Origin: Oculatellaceae cyanobacterium bins.114
GTDB lineage: Bacteria; Cyanobacteriota; Cyanobacteriia; Elainellales; Elainellaceae
Length of the DNA stretch: 64,000 bases
Direction of reading: 5' to 3'
Assembly: GCA_033764315.1 (NCBI GenBank)
Contig: JANRJA010000242.1
Location: forward strand, 15,700 to 79,699
Positions within the stretch are counted from its first letter, which is position 1; each line of letters starts with the position of its first letter. The translations under genes and the position numbers were made by a program. The notes beneath the pieces are model-generated. The model had not been told where the DNA came from. It searched no databases and worked only from the letters and a program-made list of their open reading frames with translations. Positions 39,700 to 49,570 of the stretch are shown here, piece after piece.

Positions 39700-40602
39700 T
39701 CACCCCTCTACCATCCAACCGCGGGTGCCAAAGTGCTGACAGGCTTGAGCGGCAACGGTAGCTGCCTGAGATAGTGCTTCTGCAAAGGGCGATCGCCCTA
39801 TGTAATAGCAAAACGCCCCATGAAAGATGTCACCTGCACCCAGCGTATCAACGGCTTGAATTGGGGGAACGGGCAGTTCGATCAGATCAGCATGAAGGGA
39901 TGGGGAATAGCGAATGGGTTGCTCTCCGTGGGTGATGGCGATCTGGGGAATGCCCAAAGCTTTGAGGTAAGCAACCACATCGGTTTCGGTAGTGCAACCA
40001 GGAGGATAAAAGTTAGCGGAACAAATGGCGTAGTCTGTCGAACGCAAGACTTGCTCAAATCCAGGCTTCCAACTGCCACCATCCACCACAACAGGAATGT
40101 CATTGGCTCTGGCGTGTTGGGCGATCGCCACTCCTACGTTCATCTGATGTCCATCGATCAATACAACGTCAAAGGTTTTGTGAGTTATCGCTGTCCAAAT
40201 GGAGACGGGAATTGCCTCAACCTCCACCTGTTGCTTGACTGCGTTCAGGGAAACGACCGACCGTTCTCCTGTCGCCTGAGTCACCAGAATGGATGAAACA
40301 GGGGGAACGGAAGCTCGCTCTGGCACTAGATCGGCGATCGCCACTCCTTCAGATTCCACATCGGCCCGAATCAGGTGACTGATAGGATGCACTCCCAATG
40401 CGGTTAACAGAGTTGTGCAATTGCCCCTCTCTGGATCAGATCGACTCAAATAAGCAAATGTCACAGCGGCATTGGTCGCAGGCCCTCCTGCTGCCACAAC
40501 CGAGTCGAGGGCAACGATCTTTTGGTTAGAGGTTGGCACCTGTTCTACTCGATAAATTAGATCCAGGGTTGTGATTCCAACAAATAATCCACTCCGTGTC
40601 AT
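39700..40602 (-). CDS. PfkB family carbohydrate kinase
   Basis: AGGPATNAAVT, VDTLGAGDIFHGAF. Start taken at MTRSGLFVG because the longer ORF overlaps rsmI. Confidence 0.92.
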   Translation of the reverse strand: MTRSGLFVGITTLDLIYRVEQVPTSNQKIVALDSVVAAGGPATNAAVTFAYLSRSDPERGNCTTLLTALGVHPISHLIRADVESEGVAIADLVPERASVPPVSSILVTQATGERSVVSLNAVKQQVEVEAIPVSIWTAITHKTFDVVLIDGHQMNVGVAIAQHARANDIPVVVDGGSWKPGFEQVLRSTDYAICSANFYPPGCTTETDVVAYLKALGIPQIAITHGEQPIRYSPSLHADLIELPVPPIQAVDTLGAGDIFHGAFCYYIGRSPFAEALSQAATVAAQACQHFGTRGWMVEG

Positions 40603-40647
40603 ACTTTGGCGTGTATCATGCCTTGAATTTGAGTAATCTGATAGGTA

Positions 40648-41514
40648 ATGGACGTTAAATCCGGTACTCTCTACGTCGTCGCCACCCCCATTGGCAACCT
40701 GGAAGACATGACCTTTCGGGCGGTTTCTGTGTTGCAACAGGTGGATGCGATCGCCGCCGAAGACACCCGTCATACCGGAAAGTTGTTGCACCACTTTCAG
40801 ATTACAACCCCACAAATCAGCTATCACGAACATAATCGCACCAGTCGCCTGCCTGATCTGTTGAGCCGCTTGCAGCAAGGAAAAGCGATCGCCATTGTCA
40901 CAGATGCCGGGGTTCCCGGAATTTCTGATCCTGGCTATGACCTAGTCAAAGCTTGTGTAGAGGAAGGTATTCTCGTAGTACCCATTCCTGGAGCCAGTGC
41001 AGTGATTACAGCGTTGAGTGCAGCAGGATTGCCCACTGATCGCTTTGTGTTTGAGGGATTTTTGCCCGCCAAGGGTAACGAACGGCGCGATCGCCTGGAA
41101 GCCTTGCAAACAGAGTCGCGTACCCTCGTTCTTTATGAGTCACCCCATCGGTTGCGGCAGACGCTAGACGATTTTGCTGCGATTCTAGGAGGCGATCGCC
41201 CTATTGTGTTGGCACGAGAGTTAACAAAGCTGCATGAGGAGTTCTGGCGCGGTACTGTAGAAGAGGCGATCGCCCACTACACGACCCATGAGCCGCAGGG
41301 TGAGTTTACCATTGTGCTGACAGGGGCAGAAACCAGCCAACCCTTGCTTTCAGAAACGGCTCTCGTCAACGAATTGCAACAGTTGTTGCAGCAGGGGCTA
41401 TCGCGATCGCAGGCCAGTCGGCAATTGGCACAGCAAACCTCCCTTTCTCGTCGTCAAATTTATCAGTTGTCGCTATCGATCTCCGATGACACTATTTCTC
41501 AAATCGAATCCTAA
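40648..41514 (+). CDS. rsmI: 16S rRNA (cytidine1402-2'-O)-methyltransferase
   Basis: GTLYVVATPIGNLEDMTFRA, AAEDTRHT, DAGVPGISDPG, YESPHRL, ARELTKLHEE. Confidence 0.97.
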   Translation: MDVKSGTLYVVATPIGNLEDMTFRAVSVLQQVDAIAAEDTRHTGKLLHHFQITTPQISYHEHNRTSRLPDLLSRLQQGKAIAIVTDAGVPGISDPGYDLVKACVEEGILVVPIPGASAVITALSAAGLPTDRFVFEGFLPAKGNERRDRLEALQTESRTLVLYESPHRLRQTLDDFAAILGGDRPIVLARELTKLHEEFWRGTVEEAIAHYTTHEPQGEFTIVLTGAETSQPLLSETALVNELQQLLQQGLSRSQASRQLAQQTSLSRRQIYQLSLSISDDTISQIES

Positions 41515-42301
41515 CTCTATTGCCTCTCAGCCCCTTAAATCTCTGGTTTTGGAAGACTTTGAGGTTCGTCAGTCTGCCAAAGTTGGAAAGTTGCAGGGCA
41601 AAACCCAGTACTTGAACCGCGCGATCGCCCTTCTAGGATTAGTCGTCATAGCCAGTTGCAATGCCGCTCCTAAGTTAGCCTCATCGCCAGAGTCGTCGCC
41701 CGCATCGCCTACAATTGAGGCAACCCCAACGACCACTCCCACCCCGACAGCCTCTCCATCTGCAACAGCCGCCAACCCCAACTTGATTTCAGAGCAGGGC
41801 ATTGGTCAGGCGCGTCTGGGCATGACTCTGGGCGCGTTAAAACAACAATTGGGCACATCGGCTGAGTTTGAGACAAAATCACCTTTTATTGTTGATTTTG
41901 ATGCGATCGCGGTTAGTCAATCCGGTGAGGTGAAATATTACATTTTGCATCTAGCCGGTCAACCGTTGGGTGATGCAGATGTGATTCAAGGGCTATTCAC
42001 CGAAAACCCCGACTTTAAAACCGCAGCAGGGATAGGGCCTGGAAGCTCGCTCCAACAGGCAGAGGCCGCCTATGGCAAGGTCACTCTGTCTTATAGCACC
42101 TCAAACGAGTCTAGGGAATATGCTCGCTTTGATGATCAACCCGCTTCTAACATTTCCTTTGCGACGGGCAATGGCAACGCCGAGACGGCAGGGGTCTATC
42201 CCTCTCCCAGTGGTGAATTTAACGAAACTCAAACCTTTCGAGATGGGGCTAAAATTCAATCGGTTTTAGTGGTTTGCCTCTCCGAAAACTGTGCTCAATA
42301 G
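41486..42301 (+). CDS. Hypothetical lipoprotein
   Basis: Lipobox-like VIAS-C, Pro/Ser/Thr linker, ISEQGIGQARLGMT domain; start uncertain. Confidence 0.7.
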   Translation: MTLFLKSNPNSIASQPLKSLVLEDFEVRQSAKVGKLQGKTQYLNRAIALLGLVVIASCNAAPKLASSPESSPASPTIEATPTTTPTPTASPSATAANPNLISEQGIGQARLGMTLGALKQQLGTSAEFETKSPFIVDFDAIAVSQSGEVKYYILHLAGQPLGDADVIQGLFTENPDFKTAAGIGPGSSLQQAEAAYGKVTLSYSTSNESREYARFDDQPASNISFATGNGNAETAGVYPSPSGEFNETQTFRDGAKIQSVLVVCLSENCAQ

Positions 42302-42366
42302 TAAAGAGGAAAGGGGAATATCATTAACGACTGACCTTTGATCATGGCATTGGCTATCAACACTTC

Positions 42367-43785
42367 ATGAGTGAAACTCCGTCCATTCAATTTGGAACCG
42401 ATGGTTGGCGCGGCATCATTGCTGCTGATTTTACCTTTGCCAATGTCTGTCGAGTTACTCGTGCGATCGCCCATTACCTCTCCGCCACCTATCCCCTCGA
42501 TCAGCCCGTTTTAGTGGCATATGACACTCGTTTTTTGGCTGACCAGTTTGCCCAAACAGCCGCTCAGGTCTTAGCCGAGGCAGGTTGGCACGTCAAAATG
42601 GCAGATCGAGATTGCCCTACACCCGCGATCGCCTACCACGCCAAGCATCTCACATCGGCTGGAGCGTTGATGTTTACCGCCAGTCACAATCCGGCTTCTT
42701 ACTGCGGCATCAAATACATTCCTGATTATGCGGGGCCTGCGACAACCGACATTACCGATGCGATCGCCTTAGCAATTCCTCACATGTCGGCGATCGCTCC
42801 CACAAACCCTAACCCTCATCACATCACTTCCTTTGATCCCAAACCCGATTACCTGCAATCGATCTACCAGTTTCTCGACCTCGAGCGGATTCGTCGAGCG
42901 CAACTCTCGGTCAAATATGATGCCCTCTATTCCACCTCACGCGGCTATCTTGATACAGCTCTCAAGCACTGCGAATGCACTGTGGAAGTACTGCACGCTC
43001 ACCGGGATGTGCTGTTTGGTGGGAGCATGCCTGATCCCAAAGGCGATCGCCTGAGTCAGTTAATTGCAGCCGTGCGGCGAGATGGTGCCGCTGTCGGGTT
43101 AGCCACCGATGGAGATAGCGATCGCTATGGCATCGTGGATGAGCAAGGCAATGTTCTTCCTCCCAATGCCGTGATGCTCTTGCTGGCACGACATCTGATC
43201 AAGCACAAAGGCAAAACAGGGGCGATCGTTCGTACCGTCGCCACAACTCGCCTGTTGGATACCTTTGCCCAACAACATGGGCTAGAGCTATACGAAACTC
43301 CGGTCGGCTTTAAGTACATTGGGCAAAAGATGCGGGAGATCCCAGTTCTGATTGGGGGCGAAGAATCGGGAGGATTAAGTGTCTTGGGTCATATCCCCGA
43401 AAAAGATGGAATTCTCGCCAACCTGCTGGTACTAGAGGCGATCGCTTATGAAAACAAGCCGTTGAGTCAGTTGGTAAATGACGTGATTGCCGAAGTTGGT
43501 GGCCCCTTGCTAAACCACCGTATTGACTTGCAGTTAAACCCAATCCAGCGATCGACTATTTTGCAAAGTTTTGTGCAATCCCCTCCGACCCAGATTGCAG
43601 GCATCTCCGTCAAAGCAGTGGGCTATAAGGACGGCATCAAACTTTACCTGGATAATGGAGATTGGATCTTGTTACGGTTGTCAGGCACTGAACCCCTGCT
43701 GCGCGTTTACATGGAAACAGCAACCCTCGATCAGCAAAAGCGCATCACTAAAGCTATGCAAGAGCTCATTCAAGCGATCGAGTAG
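42367..43785 (+). CDS. Phosphoglucomutase/phosphomannomutase family protein
   Basis: FGTDGWRG, TASHNP, DGDSDR, GGEESGG, RLSGTEP. Confidence 0.95.
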   Translation: MSETPSIQFGTDGWRGIIAADFTFANVCRVTRAIAHYLSATYPLDQPVLVAYDTRFLADQFAQTAAQVLAEAGWHVKMADRDCPTPAIAYHAKHLTSAGALMFTASHNPASYCGIKYIPDYAGPATTDITDAIALAIPHMSAIAPTNPNPHHITSFDPKPDYLQSIYQFLDLERIRRAQLSVKYDALYSTSRGYLDTALKHCECTVEVLHAHRDVLFGGSMPDPKGDRLSQLIAAVRRDGAAVGLATDGDSDRYGIVDEQGNVLPPNAVMLLLARHLIKHKGKTGAIVRTVATTRLLDTFAQQHGLELYETPVGFKYIGQKMREIPVLIGGEESGGLSVLGHIPEKDGILANLLVLEAIAYENKPLSQLVNDVIAEVGGPLLNHRIDLQLNPIQRSTILQSFVQSPPTQIAGISVKAVGYKDGIKLYLDNGDWILLRLSGTEPLLRVYMETATLDQQKRITKAMQELIQAIE

Positions 43786-43867
43786 CTCCCCCATTTACCA
43801 CTGAGTTAATCGTCAATTTTCAATCGCCACTATACCCTGTTTCTTGAGTCCCTTGTCTTGCGTCCTT

Positions 43868-44101
43868 ATGACAAACTTCCTCGTCTCACTCATCGTCGCC
43901 TTTTGGATCAGTGCGATCGCCCTACTCTCAGTCCAAAATGCGGCTCCTGTTACCCTCCGGTTTCTCACCTTTCAGTCGGTGCAAATGCCACTAGGCATTG
44001 TCGTTGCCTTTGGGGCAGCGTTTGGCACGGTTGGCATGGCTCTCGTATTACCGTCACTCAAGCCCAGTCGTTCTACTCAACGAGAAGATTTTGAGGAGTA
44101 G
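43868..44101 (+). CDS. LapA/DUF1049 family small membrane protein
   Basis: Two TMs around SVQNAAPVTLRFL...PLG. Confidence 0.8.
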   Translation: MTNFLVSLIVAFWISAIALLSVQNAAPVTLRFLTFQSVQMPLGIVVAFGAAFGTVGMALVLPSLKPSRSTQREDFEE

Positions 44102-44104
44102 TTA

Positions 44105-44171
44105 ACGCGAATTCGAGACCAGAATTTTGGTGTTTAAACCCGCAAACTTCAGCGTAATACCAGATTGACGT
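44105..44171. mobile_element. Short MITE of the ACG(T/C)...ACGT family with 6-bp target duplication
   Basis: Ends ACGCGAATTCG / CCAGATTGACGT; direct repeat TAGTTA at 44099-44104 and 44172-44177. Confidence 0.65.
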
Positions 44172-44174
44172 TAG

Positions 44175-45143
44175 TTATAACGAATAAATTCGCCCATCGA
44201 TTAACAAACGAGTAATTCCCTTAGCTTGCAGATAGGAACTGGTTTTTTGCAACATCTTGCCATCTGGCACTTTCACCACCCGCTGCATGCGGCGTAAGAA
44301 CCGCTTTGCAACCCGATGGTTGTCAAAAATAGGTAACGTCTTCTCCTGAGTCTCTTCATCGGGGATCTGCCCCAACTCCGCAAAATCTTTGAGCGGACGA
44401 GTGATCAGTTCAGAAGCGCGATCGACGACGAGATAAAAGGTTTTAGGAATCGATGCCTCTGACAAAGGCAACACTTGAATTAACCCCTCACTTTGAACCT
44501 GCAACGCTGCAACTTCACCTAACCCTCCCTCAAGAGAGTCTTCATCATCCAGATCGTCGTCCTCATCTTCGTCGTCCAGGTCGTCATCCTCTAGATCATC
44601 TTCAAAATCCTCTTCGGGATCAATAATCTCTTCTTCCAAAATTTCCTGGAGAGGGCTTTCTGCAACAAAGGAAGTTTCAACCACTTCAGGTGGGGCTGGG
44701 GGAGGAGGCTCAACCAACTCTAACGGCAACTGAGCCTGAGTGACGGGTTCATCAGAGAGCGTCGTTGCAACCGTCGAGCGTTTGCGTTGACGGCGAAAGG
44801 GAGTACTTTGAGTCGAAGGCAAGTCCACAGGTGAAACGTCTGTCTCATTCACTGAGACAATGACCTGATTAGAGGAAGCCGACTCGGTTAAGGGAGTGTC
44901 GAGGTCTAATGGCAGAGTATCATCTGACGCTCCAGAAACCTCTCCACCACTTTTGCCCGTGATCCGCTTTTGCTGAATCAGGGATTCATATTCATCATCC
45001 GATAAGGTTTGCTTCAGAATTCGGCTAATCGTCGTATTACTCACCCCATATCGACTGGCCAGGGTAGATGTCGTCTCCTGGGTTTCGCGATAGAGCGTAA
45101 GAATCTCTTGTTTATCGGAATCAGATAGTCTTTTAGGAGCCAT
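44175..45143 (-). CDS. Conserved cyanobacterial protein with N-terminal HTH and acidic linker
   Basis: LSDSDKQEILTLY..TTSTLASRYGVSNTTISRILK (HTH); D/E tract; C-terminal YLVVDRASELITRPLKDF domain. Confidence 0.8.
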   Translation of the reverse strand: MAPKRLSDSDKQEILTLYRETQETTSTLASRYGVSNTTISRILKQTLSDDEYESLIQQKRITGKSGGEVSGASDDTLPLDLDTPLTESASSNQVIVSVNETDVSPVDLPSTQSTPFRRQRKRSTVATTLSDEPVTQAQLPLELVEPPPPAPPEVVETSFVAESPLQEILEEEIIDPEEDFEDDLEDDDLDDEDEDDDLDDEDSLEGGLGEVAALQVQSEGLIQVLPLSEASIPKTFYLVVDRASELITRPLKDFAELGQIPDEETQEKTLPIFDNHRVAKRFLRRMQRVVKVPDGKMLQKTSSYLQAKGITRLLIDGRIYSL

Positions 45144-45288
45144 ACCGCGAACTAGAAACAATCAGTAATCGCCACAGCGAATGAATCTGCCACCCAGGAG
45201 AGTTAACTCAATATCATTCGCTTTGCCAGAGATCTATTCTGGCAGGTTAGAGAGCCGCAATCAATCTAACGCTTAATCGAGTTAATTG

Positions 45289-46317
45289 TCAGCCTCTGCG
45301 ACGACTGGTGCGACGAGAACGAGTTGATAGGTCATATTCCAAAGCGGCCCCAATCGCAAATAGACAAGCACTAAAGATAAAGAACACTTCAGGAAGTGCC
45401 CCCGTCTGATAGTCCTCAATATTGTAGACCGCGTAGAGAAACCACAAATCAGCAATATAGAAGCACAGAGCCGCCGCCGCAATAAATCGCCAAGAGAGCG
45501 AAAATCGCCCTCCCCAAAACGCCAATAACAGGGTCGTTGCCATGACCACCAGTGAAATGTCACCAACAACATAGAATAACAACACAACTGAGGCAAAGGG
45601 GGCTAAAAACTCTTCAATGGCGATCGCCCAAGCGGGAGAATTATCAGGTTCTTCAGCAGGAACAGCGTCCGCAGGAGCGGCTTCAACAGGGGCAGGGGCC
45701 ACCGGAGGAGCAGCCACCGGAGGAGCAGCCACCGGAGGCGACGAAGAAGACGCAGGGGGTGGGGAGGCAAAGGCAGGTTGTTCTAAGGGAGGTACACTGC
45801 CTAACGCGGCTGACGGCTTTAAAACCAGGAAATAGGCAAGGGCAACACTGCCCACTAAAATGCCCAGCACAATGACCCATTGAGGTGGGGTGAGGGTCAA
45901 TTGTCTCGACAACACCGCTAGCAGCATCCCCCAACCCAACAACACATAAGTCAAGAGGAAGAAAAAGTCACCAGGAGTCACATCTGGCTCTTTTCCTAAC
46001 CCTAATTCCCAATATCCCAAAACCAGGTTTCCCACAAAGTAGGAAAGCATACCTAAGCCAATTAACAACCAGACCGATCGTCCGCTGACAATTTGGGGAC
46101 TGCGCCAATTGCGGAGACAGAGCAACGAGGCTCCTAAAAATGCCACATTCTCAAGAATGTAGGTCGTGATGCCATACCACTCAGGACGCTCTTGCCCTGG
46201 CAATGGAACGCTGAATAACAGAAAAAACAGGAGGGCAAAAATTGCCCACGCGCTGGCGGCGAGGACAAGCGTTTGCACAGATAGGAAAGACTCTAAGGAA
46301 GAGGTTTTTTTGCTCAA
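45289..46317 (-). CDS. Multi-pass membrane protein with a Pro/Ala-rich loop
   Basis: About 8 hydrophobic segments; PPVAAPPVAAPPVAP loop; TTG start. Confidence 0.8.
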   Translation of the reverse strand: MSKKTSSLESFLSVQTLVLAASAWAIFALLFFLLFSVPLPGQERPEWYGITTYILENVAFLGASLLCLRNWRSPQIVSGRSVWLLIGLGMLSYFVGNLVLGYWELGLGKEPDVTPGDFFFLLTYVLLGWGMLLAVLSRQLTLTPPQWVIVLGILVGSVALAYFLVLKPSAALGSVPPLEQPAFASPPPASSSSPPVAAPPVAAPPVAPAPVEAAPADAVPAEEPDNSPAWAIAIEEFLAPFASVVLLFYVVGDISLVVMATTLLLAFWGGRFSLSWRFIAAAALCFYIADLWFLYAVYNIEDYQTGALPEVFFIFSACLFAIGAALEYDLSTRSRRTSRRRG

Positions 46318-46538
46318 CGGGGCTGCTCCTCAAAGTGTAATTGAGGTCAAATAATAAATTTAGAGGCAGAACCTAGCCGGTAACAGCCTCAAATCGTCTA
46401 CAGTCCTCAATATTACGTCTGTTCGACAAATATGCATATTAAGCATTGCATATTAAGACAAATTGAGACTGAGTGATCAATTTTATAGATCAAATTTATA
46501 GATCAAAAAATTTGGTCTAATTTCTCAGGGGGTCTGGC

Positions 46539-47216
46539 TCAGGCTTGCCAGACCTTACCCGTGGGAGATTGTTTTAACCACGTGACAAACTGGTTGCGAT
46601 CGCCACTGGGCATATCTTGCAATACATCCATCACACGTCCCGTAAAGCTGGCATTGCCAAAATGCTGTTTACCGATTCGATACAACTCCTGCAACAGGGT
46701 ATTGAGATGATGCTCTTCCCAGGGGGGCACTTGCAACGAGGCTAACGGGTCAACCGTTAACAATTGACTAACCGCATCGGGGGTGTCAGCTTGAGGAAAA
46801 CGCCATTTTTGAAAGACGCCTTCAATCTCCTTCTGAAAGGAACCTGCCTGTCTTGATCCTAATAAATCTTCAATATCGATATAAACCGCCTGTAACAACA
46901 ACAGGCTCGCTTGAATAAAGGATGGAGTCGTAGTATCACCCGTCGCTTGGGGATCACCACCATCACCCGCCAATTGGTCAAGGCGAACCTTGCCCCAGAC
47001 GCTATAACGGTCAGGCTCTTCGAGCAACACGCAAGCCTTGCCCCGGTTGTCGGTTAAATCACGCCAAAAAGCTTTGGCGTCATCTTCTTGAGCAGCACCA
47101 AATACACTAATCAGACGAAAAGTCTGCCCCTGGTATTGGAGAATAGGAATCTGTTGATCCTTTTTGGGATGCTGCACACTTGTAATTTCAACATCCTGTC
47201 TCTTTAAGATAAACAT
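46539..47216 (-). CDS. Npun_F0813-like conserved cyanobacterial protein
   Basis: MFILKRQDVEI...FWRDLTDNRGKACVLLEEPDRYSVWGK. Confidence 0.8.
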   Translation of the reverse strand: MFILKRQDVEITSVQHPKKDQQIPILQYQGQTFRLISVFGAAQEDDAKAFWRDLTDNRGKACVLLEEPDRYSVWGKVRLDQLAGDGGDPQATGDTTTPSFIQASLLLLQAVYIDIEDLLGSRQAGSFQKEIEGVFQKWRFPQADTPDAVSQLLTVDPLASLQVPPWEEHHLNTLLQELYRIGKQHFGNASFTGRVMDVLQDMPSGDRNQFVTWLKQSPTGKVWQA

Positions 47217-47565
47217 GACGCTGCCAATTAACTCCTATCAGGGCAGGGGGTTGAGCCAAACTGGGGATTTAGAATTCCCCTCCAACAAAATTGTTTCACT
47301 AAATGCCGAATTGGACTGCTCTTCAGTGTACATCTCTTGATAACTATCAGCTTCAAGGATGTCTAACAATACAGGAAAAAATCAGGAAAAACCGTTTCAT
47401 TTGCTAATTCATGTCTAAGGGGAGTCAGCATAACACAATGTTGTACTTGTCCTGATACTATATATTGGTTCATGATGGGCATAAAAGCATATTGGTTTTT
47501 ATTCTTCCCATAAATTCTCAAGAGAGTTAACCTTTATCGTTTAGGTTACGCTTTTGATGCAATAG

Positions 47566-47639
47566 GCTCCAGTAGCTCAGCTGGATAGAGCATCTGCCTT
47601 CTAAGCAGATGGTCGCAGGTTCGAGTCCTGCCTGGGGCG
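47566..47639 (+). tRNA. trnR: tRNA-Arg (anticodon UCU)
   Basis: Cloverleaf: acceptor GCTCCAG/CTGGGGC, D arm GCTC/GAGC, anticodon arm TCTGC-CTTCTAA-GCAGA, T arm GCAGG-TTCGAGT-CCTGC. CCA not encoded. Confidence 0.97.
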
Positions 47640-47694
47640 TTCCTAAGCAATGTTTGCTTGGAGATTAGAGCTACAACCAGGGTGAACCATTGAT

Positions 47695-48318
47695 ATGATT
47701 GAAGTCCTCGCTGCCCTATCTCTGTCAGCAGCAGCAGGAGTAAGAATCGCCCTACCTCTGCTTTTGATTGGGCTGCTTTATAGCGACAATCTTTGGGCTA
47801 ATGTCCCTATTTTGTCTCAATTTTCTCCTCAGCTAGTATTAGGGGTTTTAGTCAGTTGGTCTTTGATCGAGTTGTTGATCTCTAAAGAGCCGGTCGGACA
47901 ACGGTTTTTACAAATTATTCAACTTTTTTTTAGTCCCATTGTTGGGGCGATCGCAGGTATTACTGTAGCGGTTACTGCCGAGTTAGAACCGTGGCTAACG
48001 GGTGTCTTAGGGATTGTCGGAGGGCTTTTAGCACTCGTCTTACAACTGGTGCAGGTGGGTTGGTTTTATCGGTTACAGCGAATGCCACTCTGGGCCATTT
48101 TTTTGCAAGATTTTTTATGTGTTTCGCTGGTGTTGTTTGCCTTGGATGCCCCCCGTCAGGGTGGACTAATTGCTCTGCTATTACTGTGGTTAGCCATTCG
48201 CAGCTCTAAAGAGTGGCAACGGTGGTATCAAGCTCAGGCTGGGGAAAACCATGATTCTCAAGGAAAAACGGCTTCGTCTCGTGCCCATCCTCGACAAGGC
48301 AAACAAGATCCTGATTGA
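47695..48318 (+). CDS. DUF4126-like membrane protein
   Basis: LSLSAAAGVRIALPLL N-terminus; multiple TMs. Confidence 0.75.
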   Translation: MIEVLAALSLSAAAGVRIALPLLLIGLLYSDNLWANVPILSQFSPQLVLGVLVSWSLIELLISKEPVGQRFLQIIQLFFSPIVGAIAGITVAVTAELEPWLTGVLGIVGGLLALVLQLVQVGWFYRLQRMPLWAIFLQDFLCVSLVLFALDAPRQGGLIALLLLWLAIRSSKEWQRWYQAQAGENHDSQGKTASSRAHPRQGKQDPD

Positions 48319-48324
48319 TGGATG

Positions 48325-49245
48325 TCACTCAATTGCAAACTCATCCCGATAAAATTGGCGACACATCACAATTGGAGAATCCACAACTCCGTGCATGGGG
48401 CAACTTTGGCTGCCACACAGAGCACAGTTGGCTTGGATTGGCAAAATTAGATCAGTGGCACTATAGAGGCTGATCCCCTGACTCATAAACCCTTGAGCTT
48501 CTAGGTCGGTCAACGAGTTACAAATTAAAATCGCCTTTTCTGTGTTGCAATGTTCTCTAGAGTAATTAATTTTTTCTAGAGTTTTGCTGAAGCTTTCTAG
48601 TTGTGGCTTGATCTCTACGAGCACCTTCTGAGCCTGACTGCTGAAACAGGCAGGTTTTTCCTGCGAATAGTAGTCTTTATATTGCAGGGTAAAGGTTCCG
48701 TCTGGATAGCGCAGCGTGCGGATAAAGCGTAGAAACGGGATGGTGAAATTTCCGTCGGCATCGCGGGTAGACCACCAAGTCTTGTGCCACGCCTCATAGG
48801 GTAGATTCAAAATATCTTCAACTTGGCGGGCTGAAAATCCTGAGCGAGCCAGTAGGGCGATCGCCTGTGCCATCGGAATCGTTTGACCCAGGGTTTGTAG
48901 TTCAGATTCACAGTGGGTCAGATTAGACTGGCGCGATCGCGGCAAATATCCCAAGGTGACCTCTGAGCGTGGCAGATCACTCTCAACCGGAGCATCACTC
49001 AAGACGCATTGCAGCGACTCAAACTGGATGATGCCATCAATGGTTTTTTTGGCCGTGATGGGCACCCCGATTGTGGAGGAGATTGAACCAATCTGGTGAT
49101 ATTGCACAATTGGCGGCGTGCAGTTTACCAACAGCGATTTTAGAACGTGTTCTTCAGCGATCGCCAAGGCAATTTGGACGTGATCATGGGCTGAAATTCG
49201 TCGATCACGGTCTTGAATCGGATACGTTAATGCGCGGCTCAGCAT
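48325..49245 (-). CDS. Hypothetical protein with a possible PD-(D/E)XK-like C-terminal domain and Cys cluster
   Basis: 306-aa ORF; VLVEIK...KAILIC; CALCGSQSCPM...MC. Confidence 0.7.
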   Translation of the reverse strand: MLSRALTYPIQDRDRRISAHDHVQIALAIAEEHVLKSLLVNCTPPIVQYHQIGSISSTIGVPITAKKTIDGIIQFESLQCVLSDAPVESDLPRSEVTLGYLPRSRQSNLTHCESELQTLGQTIPMAQAIALLARSGFSARQVEDILNLPYEAWHKTWWSTRDADGNFTIPFLRFIRTLRYPDGTFTLQYKDYYSQEKPACFSSQAQKVLVEIKPQLESFSKTLEKINYSREHCNTEKAILICNSLTDLEAQGFMSQGISLYSATDLILPIQANCALCGSQSCPMHGVVDSPIVMCRQFYRDEFAIE

Positions 49246-49570
49246 GGCTCAATACCCCATCAACTTGGGTTAGCGATCGCAACTCCATTGCAACCATCAA
49301 AGTAGATGACGGCAATGCAACAAAGCCAAAAAATAGTTTTTTTTAATTCTGATCGGTTTAACGAGATTTGGGGGCAATGCAAATGCTCTCTTAACGAAGA
49401 TGTAATGAAGCCTCACGTTTGCCAATTAAAGTTTGTCGATCGTTAACAAACTTAATTTCAGCTAGAGTAGCTGGAGCGATCCTTGTTCCTCAAAATTTAT
49501 ATTATTAGACCTCTTATGTGAATTCAGTTTAGATTTCCAGCATCTTGCAGATGCCGGAGATCTGAGTTAA

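Noticed and set aside
40603-40878. N-terminal extension of the PfkB ORF
   Set aside because: Overlaps rsmI on the opposite strand; family similarity starts at MTRSGLFVG.
44175-45143. Transposase call for the HTH protein
   Set aside because: No DDE or HUH catalytic motif and no flanking terminal repeats; it looks like a conserved chromosomal gene.
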